A stretch of DNA of 64,000 nucleotides, from positions 5,664,101 through 5,728,100 of the forward strand of contig NC_092677.1 of assembly GCF_964355755.1 (NCBI RefSeq), given 5' to 3'. The number at the start of each line of letters is the position of its first letter. Position 1 is the stretch's first letter. Below are positions 1 through 11,459 of the stretch, piece after piece. Both the position numbers and the translations under genes were made by a program. The notes beneath the pieces were generated by a model, which did not search any database, was not told the origin of the DNA, and saw only the letters and a list, made by a program, of their open reading frames with translations. This DNA comes from Antedon mediterranea. Taxonomy: Eukaryota; Animalia; Echinodermata.

Positions 1-1874
1 CAGTCCAGATTTTTCTGTGCACAATAGAAAGAAAAACTATTCACAAATATTTATAAGCTGCCCATTGTCCAATCACAGAGTGATTTATTTTTGTTCTAAT
101 CACTTTCATTTATAAAATTTGCACTGGATATTTGGGCACTCTACAAAATAAAAAAAAAAGAAGAAAAATATGAGGAGCAACTGGTCATGTATATAAAAAT
201 ACGATATAAAGATTAAAGCATATCATATAGAAGGAGTGGCATGCAAAAAAAAAAACATGGGTCTAGGCCTAGGTCCAGCCTGTGTATTTTTAAAGGCCAG
301 GTGCAGGCAAAAAATCATATTTATCCAATAATTATCGATCTATAGTTTCCCCTATATGTTTCATAATTTTTGGGATTTTATTTGTGTTACACGAGCTTGT
401 TGGAAATGGATTAAGGAATAGAAGGATATGCATCAGTTTGAGATCAAAGCTTCCATGACTCTAACCGCCGACAATGTAAAAACAAAATAAACAATTTAAT
501 TAACCGTTGTTAACAATGAAATGGTCGTGTGCCTATATATTGTTTACTGCACATGCTCAACAACCTTTAACCTTGTTGGCTATGCTACTCACGTTTACTT
601 AATTGTTTGAATATGATGACCTTTTCAAATTAAAAACAAAGTTCATATGTCTGAAGGAAAATGTTTTGAGTAATAACATTATTGAAAATTGGAAGAAAAT
701 TGATAACGTTTACGCGATATGCGCTCTATTGAATGTGACGAAGGTCTAAATTTCACATGAATTCATATCTACAACTCATTACCTTTTAGAATAATTTTTA
801 AAAATGGGGGGTCACCAGCCATCTCGGACAGCTATAATCGATCGAAAAAAGGCATATTTTTATACAAATTTGCATATAATGGCCCATTTTCAAGCGCACG
901 ATTTTTAAAGTTTGACGTGCATGTGTGTCATTATTTTAAATTCATAATTCATCAAAAATGAAAGGAACTTATCCCAAAAGGTATATACAGAACAAAATCA
1001 AGTGCAAAAACGGTTTGTCTAAGCTGCGCGAGAGCTAAGTACGTAAAAGTGAGCATTTTATAACTTTCAAAGCGCGCGTACGCGCGAAAATACCAAGGTT
1101 CAAAATTTTGCTGATGATACAGGAAGATGACCCTTGACATGAAGCATCCGTGTGTCCAAGTTTCATTCGAAAAAGGCTGTTTCGTGTTAGTTTTGAATTT
1201 ATAGTCATATTTTCATTAAACCATTTGTTGCACAACTACATATACGTGCATCTGCTGGCCAAGTTGCAACATAACTGCTACCACCGTTTTTGAGATCTGC
1301 TGCTGCGGACAAAAAATGAGCAGACTAAAAAATGAAATCTTTGACAATAACAATAATTACTAATATAACTTGAATTTTACGTTTCTTGGCCTAGTTAGTA
1401 TTTTAACTTCAGAGTTCACTGTATTTTCATGCTAGGCCTATATAGAGCAAACATTTTTCACAGTATATCCACCATCTTTTTTCACCTTCTAGGGAGTCAC
1501 CAGACATGTTATTACATTAGGTTAAACTACCTATCTTCCTGGTTTTTATAGCAGAATTTTGCTAAATTTTGTATTTGACCATGCATAAGGGAAATTCATG
1601 TTTTTTCGTCTAAACACAGGTTTTATATTTAAAATTCATGCCTGTACCTGAGCTTTAAGACACACAGTACAAATCCTAGAAGGGGGAGGGGAGGGGCTAT
1701 GCTGGAATAGTAGCTGAACAACATACTAGCCTACCAATAAAGGGGCCTCTTGCTCTGTGTGTGTGCCACACCTTACTTCAACCAAAGCCTGGTGATTGGC
1801 TAGTGGTTATGTCATCCACATCACATCCAATCACCGGGATACATCACCACTGACTCTACTACTCTCTGGCAAAC

Positions 1875-2722
1875 CAAAGAATATATATCACAAGAATGAG
1901 TATTCCGCGATTTTTGCATGAGAAATTTGTAACAGAGAGCTCCAGTGAGTGATGCCCGCCCTCATAAGGGTGGATGTATACATACTAAATAAGACTTGAT
2001 TTTATAGACATGATACATGTCACATTAAATAGAATTATGATGATAGTTTTTGCAATTGTAAACTATTTTATAATACATATTTATTAACAAACTAGTGTTT
2101 ATTCACTTTTACAGACAATTATTTACTAACATGCTAAGTTAGTTCACAAAAAAGGCCCAACACAGCAACACCAAAAACCAACGAATATTACTCAGCACGG
2201 CCTATTCTCTACCATTGCCGTGTGCTACTGTACGCCCGGTAAATTAAGTATTGTTTTTATGATATAAATTAGTATAAAACACATGTTATTAATAGGAGAA
2301 AATGTTAAATGTCATTAACATTTATTTGTTTTACCAGAAACAAGTTAAATATAGGAATATTATTAAACTATCCTTTGTGAAAACCCGTAAACACCAACAC
2401 GCCCGGTCACGCTATCGTAGCGCCCGGTTGATAAATCAAACTGTTTATACGGCAGTTTTTACTAAATAAATTGCATAAAACGAACAATTAAATATTCAAA
2501 TACTAGTACAGTATTTAACATGATGTTGGCATGTAGTTGATAACATTTTTTATCATGAAAATACTAGCTACCGGTGGTCTAGCCTTTGATTATTGAAACC
2601 GTCACAAAAAGTTGTATACATCCCAGATACATCCACACTTATGGCGGCGCCCTACCACATGGACAATATTACTGTTACAGAGAAAATCGCGGATTACTCA
2701 TTCTTGTGATATATATTCTTTG
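1875..2722. mobile_element. MITE-like element with long imperfect TIRs
   Basis: caaagaatatatatcacaagaatgagta at 1875 is the reverse complement of the 2695-2722 end. Further inverted matches lie inside. Confidence 0.75.
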
Positions 2723-2976
2723 CTTCAACAAAAGGCTGGCCTAGATTAGATCGATCTAGCCTTAGAGACCTACTAGGCCCAGGCAGGGTAGCCTATCCCC
2801 CATGGCCCAGCCATTATTATTACTACTAGGCCCTAAACACCAAACGGAAACAAACGATACCAAATGAGAATCAGAATGGTGTAAATACCTACCAAACGAA
2901 AATAGATAATTGATATTATGATAAAATTATTTATGAAAAGCCAATTTTTATAGCACCAGGCGCTAGCCTCCTACTA

Positions 2977-3790
2977 GCTAGTTCCGTTTCGTACCTGTCA
3001 TTTATTTCGTAACTTTATTGTGAGTACCACACCTTAGAATTAGGCCTCAAAAATACTTTTAACGAAGGAGATCAAATAGGCCTAGCCTAGATCCTTTAAA
3101 TTGATGAATTTACAGACGTGTTTCTCGCACAGGTTCGTGAATTTTGCATACGCCATGTTCAATGTTGTTGTTTCTATGGAGCGCCAAAAGAGCAATCATA
3201 ATAGAGGGCTAAAAACTCAGTATAATGCGTATATTTAATGCATTTTGTGAAAATTACGTTAAATTTTAAAATATTTTGTCAATATCAATGCAACAAAATT
3301 ATTACTGTTGATAATGTACATGGTTTTCGCAGTTTTCATTAATTTTTAAGAATGAAAATCGACACTGTTTGTTTACCTCAATGATCTAAATAATATTCCT
3401 CTTAGTCGTAAGTTGATATTTGAAAACAGCACATTATTAGCAGTAAAATGTTACAGCATTTTTATTGACAAAATATATTAAAATTAAACGTGTATTTCTA
3501 TAATAGATGTATTAAAAGAAGACGCATTCCACTGAGTTTTTAACTATCTATTATATTTGCACTTTTGGCGCTCCAAAGAAAAAAAATATTGAACTTCGAG
3601 TATGCTAAATTCGCGAACGGTATGCGAGAAACATGTTTGTAAAATCATCAATTTAAAGAATTTATTTGTTACTTTTTATGTGATTCTTCTTCATAAAAGT
3701 ACTTATGAGGCCCAATTTTAAGGTGCGGTATTCACAATAAGTTACTAAACAAGTTTGGAGTCAAAAAGAAGTCGAAATAAAAACAGGTAG
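2977..3790. mobile_element. Foldback/MITE element with its right tip displaced to ~12331-12350
   Basis: About 400-bp diverged arms (ggagcgccaaaag/cttttggcgctcc, aaaaactcagt/actgagttttt). The left end agctagttccgtttcg pairs with cgaaacggaactagct at 12335-12350. Confidence 0.7.
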
Positions 3791-4093
3791 ATAAGATAAG
3801 ATAAGATAAATTTATTGAACGAACGCTTTTGTATCAGCGGCACACGTTTATAAGACGGCAATTGTTCATTTACAAGGCAATGTAAAAACAAAAAGAAAAG
3901 TATCAAAAAATAACATTTAAGTCTTAACTAAGAAGCGAATTATACAAGTAAAATGAAATTAGTAAAAACAAGGTAATCTTACATATCGAACAATACTTAA
4001 CCTATATGATGGAGTTAATGTTATTATCTATTTATTATCAGTATTATTAATATTTTCAAGTTTTAAGCGAATATATTATCATTATTATTACTA

Positions 4094-4130
<37 letters not shown>

Positions 4131-4255
4131 GCTAATTGATTTATTATACTGTTATTATTAAAATAAATGCAACTTTTATATGAATATTTGTTCTTATTAT
4201 ATTTAATATTAATAGTTATTTGTAATTTAATTAAATGTGATACAATTTTTATTAT
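3791..4255 (-). mobile_element. Probable LINE 3' fragment with (CTTAT)n tail, continuing at 12048-12330 past the LTR element
   Basis: (ATAAG)n followed by tttatt (AATAAA on minus). It interrupts the foldback TIR. No ORF recognised. Confidence 0.45.
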
Positions 4256-4946
4256 TGTAATATAATGTTGCGTTGTTGAGGTACTAATGAAGGACTCTGA
4301 CTCGCTTGACTGTCGTAACACATATATTGTTTATTCAGTATAATACTTCAGTACAATATACAACTATAAGTATAGATAAGGAACGGACGGTCAATGATGC
4401 TGTCAGTGAGGTGTGGAGTGTGTAGGTCTGCTTCTGAAGAAGTGGCTGTGAGGTGTGTGCTCCGTGAAATGGCTGTAAGGTGTGTGCTCCGTGAAATGGC
4501 TGTAAGGTGTGTGCTCCGTGAGGTGGCTGTAAGGTGTGTGCTCCGTGAGGTGGCTGTAAGGTGTGTCTGGGCCCTTCTGAACTTGGGGGTATATTGGCTC
4601 AGTTCATTAGCATAATGTCATTACATCATCTGTGAGGGTAACGATTGGTCCTAAGTTGATCCAGGGGTGTTTAAGTGGGAGTGATTAACGGTATAATAAG
4701 GTATTTCTGTGATGGATGACACTGTCAAATCTGTACTTAAATAGTGTCGATCACTCCTGGTTTAACGATGGGAAAGTCACAAAATTAAGCTAAGTGTTTT
4801 CTTTAGGGATTCTATTATAAACTAAATGGTCATTAAAACATCTGGACAAACTCTCCTTTGGACTTTCTGGGTCAAGTTTGTGAACCTATTTGAATTCCGA
4901 TACAAAGGTCAATTTCTTAAATATAAAAGTATATCTTTATATCACA
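4256..4946 (-). repeat. 3' LTR (691 bp) with ~5 copies of a 27-bp tandem repeat at ~4442-4567
   Basis: Direct repeat of 11460-12043, ends TGTAA...ATCACA. Repeat unit gtggctgtaaggtgtgtgctccgtga(a/g). Confidence 0.95.
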
Positions 4947-4972
4947 TCCCTCTGTTTCCCTTTTTTTTTTTC
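4947..4972 (-). other. Polypurine tract
   Basis: Minus strand A-run then GGGAAACAGAGGGA, directly before the 3' LTR. Confidence 0.85.
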
Positions 4973-5069
4973 TGCAAAATCAAAACAAATCTCATCAAAT
5001 ACGTAGACTATGCTATCATTAATTTAGCAAATGTCGTAATTTAAAAATAATCTTGCAAAAACAATTTAA

Positions 5070-8000
5070 TCAGTAATTCGTTGCATTATACAAACGTTTT
5101 ATGAATCGTTTTGGCGATCCACTTATCGGTATCTGTTTATCATTAATGATCTCTTTAATCAATTTATCTGTATCGTTATATCTGTCAATATTCCACCAAA
5201 ATTTGCGATCATTAGATTCGTGTTTTGTTTTATCAGTGTTGCGTTTGGCTGAAGTCGGTTTAGAATACGAAACTAAAACTTGGAAATGTCCTGCTTTAAA
5301 TCTACCTCGGTTTAATGTCATACTTGAATCATTAGGTGCTGTCATAATTAGATTAGTTTGTTCCTTAATTTGTTCCTCTTTCATTTGGAATGGGGCTGCT
5401 AATCCCATGTTATTCTCTACACAGTCAATGTAAGGTTGCAAGTTAAGGGGTTCTACTTTAGTTGGATGTGTAAGGGTATCTGATTGCAATTGGGCTGGTG
5501 TCCTATCATGTTCGTCTACAAATTCAACATTGGTTTCGTCATTTACTACATTAATGGTGTTTTGGATTTTATCGTTATTATCATCAGTTGGTTCATTCAA
5601 CAATTGTTTAAGTTTTTGTAGATGTGTAAAATTTTTGCGTTCTTTGGGTGTTCTCATAAAACAGGGTTTCAGTCTGTTATAATTGAATACGTCGCGAAGT
5701 ATTTCTCCTTTAATCGTCGCTAGGATGTAGTGTGTTCTGTCTAGTACTTCATGAATTACTAATGGTCCGACCCATTCTGCGGCGATTTTCTTTGAATTTG
5801 CCGTTAGTGATGATGATGTTGGCTTGTATAAATATACGAGTTGTCCTACTGAGTAAATTGGACTTTTTTCTAAGCGTTGGGAAATCTTTGAGTTTTGGAC
5901 GTTTTGTTGTGTTCGCTGTAATTGTAGCATTGTCTGTGAAATGTTTTGAAATTTCTTCTTGAGATGTTCAAAGTATTCTTCATAGGAATGAGACAATCCT
6001 GAAATAGGGTTAAATGCTAATGAGGTCAAACTTGGAGGTTGGCGGCCAAAAACTAATTCGTAAGGGGAGTGGTTTCCTAGATGTGGGGATGAAAACGAGT
6101 TATAAGCATAACATGTTGTTGATACAAATCTAACCCAATCTGTTCCGAATTGGTTAAGGTTGACTTTTAACAGGTCCGATACGGTGCGGATATGACGTTC
6201 AACTTGTAAACTACCGTGATTGTGGACGCTGATGATTTTCCTATCAATATTAAGGGTGTTACATAATAGTGTTAATAATTTTCCTGTAAGGGAGGTTGCT
6301 GCATCTGAAATAAGACGAGATGGGGGCCCAAAAATACTGATGACCTTTTGAATTAGTGCTTCGCAAATTGTTTCGGCATCAATGGATTTCAAAGGTACAC
6401 AAATCAAAAATCTAGTTATCTCATCACATACTACCATAATATGTTTAAAACCTGAAGGTGATGTTGGCATACTCTTAAAATCTAGACTGAGTGTATGAAA
6501 GGGACGGTAAGTTGCTGGTACTCGATCGTGTAAAGGACGTAATTTATCGGTTTTGGGACGAAATTGTTGACATCTAAGACACGCTTGGGTATAATTGTTG
6601 ACTTTCTCAAACATAAGGGGCATGTAAAATAATTTCCTAATAGTAAGGTAAGTACGCATCGTACCTTGGTGGATACTTAACAAATTGTCGTGATACTGAG
6701 AAATAATAGTCTCGGCTAAGTTTTCAGGAACAGCTAATTGCAATACAAATTCTCCACCTTTATCTTGGAAAAATAAACGGAATAGTAAACCGTTGCACAA
6801 TATGTACTGCTCTGACTTATTCTGAACTGCACGAGCTGCTTTCTTATCAGCTGGAAGGATATCATGAGCTAAATAATCGTAAACTGGCTTAAAAAATGGT
6901 GAAGTTTCTTGTTCAACGCGTAATTGTTTAACATCTATTGGGAGGTTATAATCTCTAATTATCTTTCTTTGAATAACATCCATTAATCTATCCAAGTCTT
7001 GTTGTTTTGGGATGTGTGCTGACTTAAATTCAGTTATGTTTGGTACTAGTGGTTTGGGAGATGTATACAATTCAACTGGTACATTTCGATGTGTAGTATC
7101 TTTGCTTTGCTTATTTTTGTCTACTAGTCGTTCCTCTGGAGGTTGTCGAATGTTTACATTACGTATTGGGGGTGGCGTTACGATAGGTGGCGTTATGATA
7201 GGCGGTGATCGATGTGCGTTTGTTTGTTGTCTCGTGATTATTTGTGGTGTAGCGGTAGGTTGAGGTGTAGGTCGCGTGTTTGTTGTCACTGGGTTTTGAA
7301 TAATGACAGGCGTTTGTTTGGGTTTGGGTTTATGTAGGTCAGGTATATTTATTCCCATTTGCTTGGCGTATGACCTTGTTACTGGTCTGCAAGTAGATGT
7401 GTTTGTAATCGGGTTAAGAGATTCAGTCTCTGTAATATTAAATGCAATGGGTACAACTTGATCAATTTCGGAATCGTCGTCACGAGGGGCTCGGGAGAGA
7501 AAATCTGCTAAAACTAATTCAGTTCCTTTCTTATAACCAATTTGGAAAATGTATCCGGACAATCGTAATATTAGTTTCTGTAAACGGGGTGTACATGGCT
7601 GATCTTTTGAATTCCAAATTTGTACAATTGCTGAGTGGTCTACGAATGCATCAAATTCGCAACCCTTTAGTAAATGTCGAAATGTTGAAACGTTAATGTA
7701 AAGTCCAAATAACTCTAATTCTGTGACGCTATATCGTTGACAGGCTTGTGGTAAGATTTTGGAATAATAACCTATTATGTGTTCTTTACCGTTTACTGTT
7801 TGTGTTAAATATGAACCTGTTGCGGTTCTTGAAGTGTCGCTATATAGCGTAAATCTACCTTCTTTTCTAGGCATTTGAAGAGTTGGTGGTTTAACCATTA
7901 ATTGTTTAATTTCGTCAAATGCTTTCTGGTGTTCAGTAGACCAACAAAATTTTCGGCGTTTGCTTGCGAGTGTGTGTAACGGACGTAAAATTGATTGTAT

Positions 8001-9785
8001 TTGAGGGAAAAAATGGGATACATAATTTACTGCACCAATAAATCGTTTAGTTTCTTTATGGGTTCGTGGGACTGGCAAATTTCGGATAGCTGCACACCTG
8101 TCGCCTAATGGTGTGATACATGCGTGTCCTGAAGAATTAATCAGGATGGTGTGTCCCATATATTGCACTTTATTCTTGAATAACTTACATTTCTTTGGAC
8201 AAATTCTAAAACCATTTAATTGTAGGGCTTGTAAAACGGAAACAAGGTGCTGCTTATGAGCAAATTTGTCTTGGCTAAATAAAATAATATCATCATGATG
8301 GGCGATACAGAATTCTCTAGAATTTGGGATTTCATTTAAAATTTCGTCAATCTTTGCTTGAAATATACCTGGTGAAACGTTTAATCCTTGTGCTAATCTC
8401 TTATAATAATAATGCTTTCCACCATGATATGAAGCTATACCTGTGTATTGTTGGGCATGTTCGGCTAATGGTACACAGTGGAACGCTGATTTCAAATCAA
8501 TTACGCTAAGAATCTGTGCATTAGCGTTACCTATTGTTTTCAGAGTTTCGGCTAATAATGGGAATGGGTGATTAATACGTTTTATCCTGGAATTTAGATA
8601 GCGAAAGTCTGTGACAACTCTTTTATCTTTTGAATTTTTCTTTGAAACAAGAAGGACAGGGGAAGTATACGATTGGTGTCCTACTGCTAAGATTCCTAAT
8701 TTGACTAATTTGTTCAATTCGGCCTCAATAACATGTTTGTCTTTGTTTGTCGCGAAGTATGGTCGAATAAAAAATGGTTCATCGTTAGAGAGGTGTATGT
8801 CAGCTTTGAAGTTTGGGCAGCTAGATAGTTCACCGTATAGTGAAAATGCATTTCTGTTTTGTTGTAAGGTTTTATACAAATCTTCTTTTTCTCTATGTGT
8901 TAAAACGCTGTCTGTTAAATCAACTTGTTTTCTAATTATTTCTTCCTCGGTTAAAGTTAGCAATGGGTCTGTACGTTCTAAATGTGGGTACTTGTTTGCG
9001 TTGTCATTGGTCAACTTTATTCTATCAATTGGTAGGTCGTTAGTAACTGTTACAAGGTTGGTTAAGTGAAGGCTCGCGATAGGTTGATGTGTATTTAGAG
9101 ATACGTTTCTGTTTGTGTTGTTAGTGATATCAATGTTGGTTTCTCCTCTATGTAATTTTACTAACATGTCTGATGGACAAAGTTTTGAAATATGGGTGGT
9201 TGCATGTAGAACAACATCAGAATTGCGTACGAAGGCGGGAACCCTTCCTTTTAATTTAACTGTTTTAGTATCACCGGGTTTAAGAAAAATCTTGTGTACT
9301 GGACGAAAGCTAAAAATCTTTGGTCTAATGCGAAAGGTGTTTTCCTTAAAATTTAAAGTACCGTCGAGTTCAGACAATGTTTCGGTTCCAAGTATCAGGT
9401 CAATACCTGTCAAATTTTTAAAGATTAATGCTGAAATTTTAAATTTGTATCCTTGGATAAATAATTCGAATTGCACTAAGTGGTTGGCATATAAGAAGTC
9501 ACCGTTACCTAATCGAAATTTAGTTGTGTTCACTTTAACTGGCTTTAGACGCGATAAATAAAGTGAGGAATTAACGTACGATTGTGAGATTATAGTTCTA
9601 GTTGAACCACTGTCAAATAAAGTTAAAACATTTCTACCATCTGGTAAATTTCCTTTAACGTAATTTCTGTCGTTAAGTAACAAATCAATATTATCTGAAT
9701 TCCCTAAGTATTTTGCCTTAAAATTGTCGTATTTAGTATGGGGGGCCAGATTATAGGCGGCATCTAGTCCCCTTTTTAAAAATCC
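5070..9785 (-). CDS. pol: Pol (protease, RT, RNase H, integrase), probably made by -1 frameshift
   Basis: LFDSGS protease. RT motifs IDLKSAF, LAQG and HHDD. RNase H LYSDTS and YSVTELE. Integrase HHCC plus SLDF/ISDA/QVER. The frame stays open upstream of the listed 9683 start as far as the gag stop. Confidence 0.95.
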   Translation of the reverse strand, partial: GFLKRGLDAAYNLAPHTKYDNFKAKYLGNSDNIDLLLNDRNYVKGNLPDGRNVLTLFDSGSTRTIISQSYVNSSLYLSRLKPVKVNTTKFRLGNGDFLYANHLVQFELFIQGYKFKISALIFKNLTGIDLILGTETLSELDGTLNFKENTFRIRPKIFSFRPVHKIFLKPGDTKTVKLKGRVPAFVRNSDVVLHATTHISKLCPSDMLVKLHRGETNIDITNNTNRNVSLNTHQPIASLHLTNLVTVTNDLPIDRIKLTNDNANKYPHLERTDPLLTLTEEEIIRKQVDLTDSVLTHREKEDLYKTLQQNRNAFSLYGELSSCPNFKADIHLSNDEPFFIRPYFATNKDKHVIEAELNKLVKLGILAVGHQSYTSPVLLVSKKNSKDKRVVTDFRYLNSRIKRINHPFPLLAETLKTIGNANAQILSVIDLKSAFHCVPLAEHAQQYTGIASYHGGKHYYYKRLAQGLNVSPGIFQAKIDEILNEIPNSREFCIAHHDDIILFSQDKFAHKQHLVSVLQALQLNGFRICPKKCKLFKNKVQYMGHTILINSSGHACITPLGDRCAAIRNLPVPRTHKETKRFIGAVNYVSHFFPQIQSILRPLHTLASKRRKFCWSTEHQKAFDEIKQLMVKPPTLQMPRKEGRFTLYSDTSRTATGSYLTQTVNGKEHIIGYYSKILPQACQRYSVTELELFGLYINVSTFRHLLKGCEFDAFVDHSAIVQIWNSKDQPCTPRLQKLILRLSGYIFQIGYKKGTELVLADFLSRAPRDDDSEIDQVVPIAFNITETESLNPITNTSTCRPVTRSYAKQMGINIPDLHKPKPKQTPVIIQNPVTTNTRPTPQPTATPQIITRQQTNAHRSPPIITPPIVTPPPIRNVNIRQPPEERLVDKNKQSKDTTHRNVPVELYTSPKPLVPNITEFKSAHIPKQQDLDRLMDVIQRKIIRDYNLPIDVKQLRVEQETSPFFKPVYDYLAHDILPADKKAARAVQNKSEQYILCNGLLFRLFFQDKGGEFVLQLAVPENLAETIISQYHDNLLSIHQGTMRTYLTIRKLFYMPLMFEKVNNYTQACLRCQQFRPKTDKLRPLHDRVPATYRPFHTLSLDFKSMPTSPSGFKHIMVVCDEITRFLICVPLKSIDAETICEALIQKVISIFGPPSRLISDAATSLTGKLLTLLCNTLNIDRKIISVHNHGSLQVERHIRTVSDLLKVNLNQFGTDWVRFVSTTCYAYNSFSSPHLGNHSPYELVFGRQPPSLTSLAFNPISGLSHSYEEYFEHLKKKFQNISQTMLQLQRTQQNVQNSKISQRLEKSPIYSVGQLVYLYKPTSSSLTANSKKIAAEWVGPLVIHEVLDRTHYILATIKGEILRDVFNYNRLKPCFMRTPKERKNFTHLQKLKQLLNEPTDDNNDKIQNTINVVNDETNVEFVDEHDRTPAQLQSDTLTHPTKVEPLNLQPYIDCVENNMGLAAPFQMKEEQIKEQTNLIMTAPNDSSMTLNRGRFKAGHFQVLVSYSKPTSAKRNTDKTKHESNDRKFWWNIDRYNDTDKLIKEIINDKQIPISGSPKRFIKRLYNATNY
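9740..9785 (-). promoter_or_regulatory. -1 ribosomal frameshift signal
   Basis: G GAT TTT heptamer (9785-9779), 6-nt spacer, hairpin GGGGACTAGAT...ATCTGGCCCC. Pol is in the -1 frame relative to gag. Confidence 0.75.
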
Positions 9786-10741
9786 TGCTGGTGGCTAGGG
9801 TAGTAATTGTTTGACTGTTGGTATGGGTATGGCGGGGGATAGTTTCCGTAAGAGCGGTTTTGTTGTCGGCAGTGCCTTGCTATGTGGCCTGGTTTCCCGC
9901 AGTAATAACAGGTTGGGGGAGGTTGTCTATATCTTGGGGTCGGTGGGGTCTGGAATCGGGGTTTGTATGGGCTTGGGCTTCGATTTCGTCTTGGGACATA
10001 ATTTCGGGTGGGGGAACGTGAGCGTCGAGTATCATCATTAAGGGATCGTTTTGTTGTGGCCATGTCTAACTTGAGAGAATTTATCTCATGTTGGAGCGAT
10101 TCGAGACTATTAGGCCTATCTGTTTCCTTATTGATATTGAATGAAACTTCCCGTGTGGCATCATCTACGGAAAGGTCAAGGTAATTTTGTGTGCTATTTA
10201 CAATATTTTCAATAGTGGCATCGATTGGGGTGGACATGGCTACAGCTGCTCTACATTTTGGTGGAAGGGTCGAAATAAATTTATTCTTTATCTGCTGGTC
10301 AGCGTATCCAATTCTGTCTGCGGCTTGTTTGATTTTGGTTAAGTGCTTTTCGGCGTTGTCGCCAGTGGTGTATGTAATTGAATCGTATTCTCTTATGTGC
10401 GCATAGATTGATTTGTTTTTACTAAACCTGTTGATGAATTGGGTTTTTAAGGATTCCAGTGAATCAAACTGCTTTCCCTCAATCCAGAGTCTAGCTTGGC
10501 CCTGAAGGCTACGTTTAAAAATACTTATTACATTAATTAATTGGGCATTGTTTACAGGGTTTTCTAACGTGTGGGCCTCAAGGTAGTCGGTAAACGATAA
10601 GTAATGTGCACTACATTGGTCGTGATCGGTTATGGAACCGTCATATCTTTTGGGAAGGAAATCGGTTTGTCTTAGGTGGGGCACGGGGTGAGGATTGACG
10701 GGCTCATTTAAAATTACTTCGTTATCAACAACGTCGACCAT
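9776..10741 (-). CDS. gag: Gag, 321 aa
   Basis: Capsid-like LQGQARLW and CCHC knuckle CYYCGKPGHIARHC. Confidence 0.93.
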   Translation of the reverse strand: MVDVVDNEVILNEPVNPHPVPHLRQTDFLPKRYDGSITDHDQCSAHYLSFTDYLEAHTLENPVNNAQLINVISIFKRSLQGQARLWIEGKQFDSLESLKTQFINRFSKNKSIYAHIREYDSITYTTGDNAEKHLTKIKQAADRIGYADQQIKNKFISTLPPKCRAAVAMSTPIDATIENIVNSTQNYLDLSVDDATREVSFNINKETDRPNSLESLQHEINSLKLDMATTKRSLNDDTRRSRSPTRNYVPRRNRSPSPYKPRFQTPPTPRYRQPPPTCYYCGKPGHIARHCRQQNRSYGNYPPPYPYQQSNNYYPSHQQDF

Positions 10742-10914
10742 ACTTTATAATATTAATTATTAATCAAATATCAAAACAATTTAGTGTATATGTAAACTCT
10801 CACTTTTTCAATAAAGGTTACAAATCAAAATTCGAAATGGTTTCGACTTACCCCAAATGCTTCGGATCCAATTAAAATGAATTAAAAGAATGCAAAAGTG
10901 TTCAAAAATGTTTA

Positions 10915-11330
10915 AATGTTCAAACAACGAATTAAAAAAAAATGCGAAAGGTGTTCATCAATGTTCAAATTTTCAAACAACGAATTAAAAAAAATGCGAA
11001 AGGTGTTCATCAATGTTCAAAAAAGTAAATGTTAAAAAAAACGATCGAAAAAAAACGGCGTGAAGTTGAAAGTGTCCAAACGAAACAGTTCTTGTCCGCT
11101 TGCTTCTGTTTTGATTCTTCTTGGGTCTTCCTCGATTATCTTCTTTGTCTTTATCCAATGGTTATAATTTCATAAAATTTCTGCTTGTCTCGATTTCATT
11201 CAAATATAATTTCAGCTTGTCTTTTGTGTCTTCCTCGATTATCTTCTTTGTCTTCATCCAATGGTAATAATTTGATCAAATTTCTGCTTGTCTCGATCTC
11301 ATTCAAATATAATTTCAGCTTGTCTTTTGA
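10915..11330. repeat. Tandem repeats in the retrotransposon 5' UTR
   Basis: Two copies of a ~55-bp unit (caaacaacgaattaaaaaaaatgcgaaaggtgttc) and two of a ~105-bp unit (tcttcctcgattatcttctttgtc...). Confidence 0.8.
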
Positions 11331-11441
11331 GTCAAAGTAAATTTCTCTCCTTTCAAACAAATATGGTTATTTTTGTCTTTGTCTTCGTCTTCGTGTCTTG
11401 TTAAGTGTTTATTTCTTGTTTTCTCACTCCGTTCCTTATGA

Positions 11442-11459
11442 AATTTGGGTCTTCCACCA
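11442..11459 (-). other. Primer binding site
   Basis: Minus strand TGGTGGAAGACCC... abuts the 5' LTR. TGG is complementary to tRNA CCA. The tRNA was not identified. Confidence 0.7.

Noticed and set aside
1486-1561. First coding exon (MSGDSLE) of a further minus-strand gene
   Set aside because: AG, ATG and GT are present, but it is too short and has no homology or downstream exon support.
4394-4615. Repetitive ORF or CRISPR-like array
   Set aside because: It is a spacerless 27-bp tandem repeat inside an LTR.
4947-5070. env gene in the retrotransposon
   Set aside because: Only ~120 bp separate pol from the 3' LTR.
5101-10406. Plus-strand ORFs over gag/pol
   Set aside because: They are antisense shadows with no recognisable motifs.
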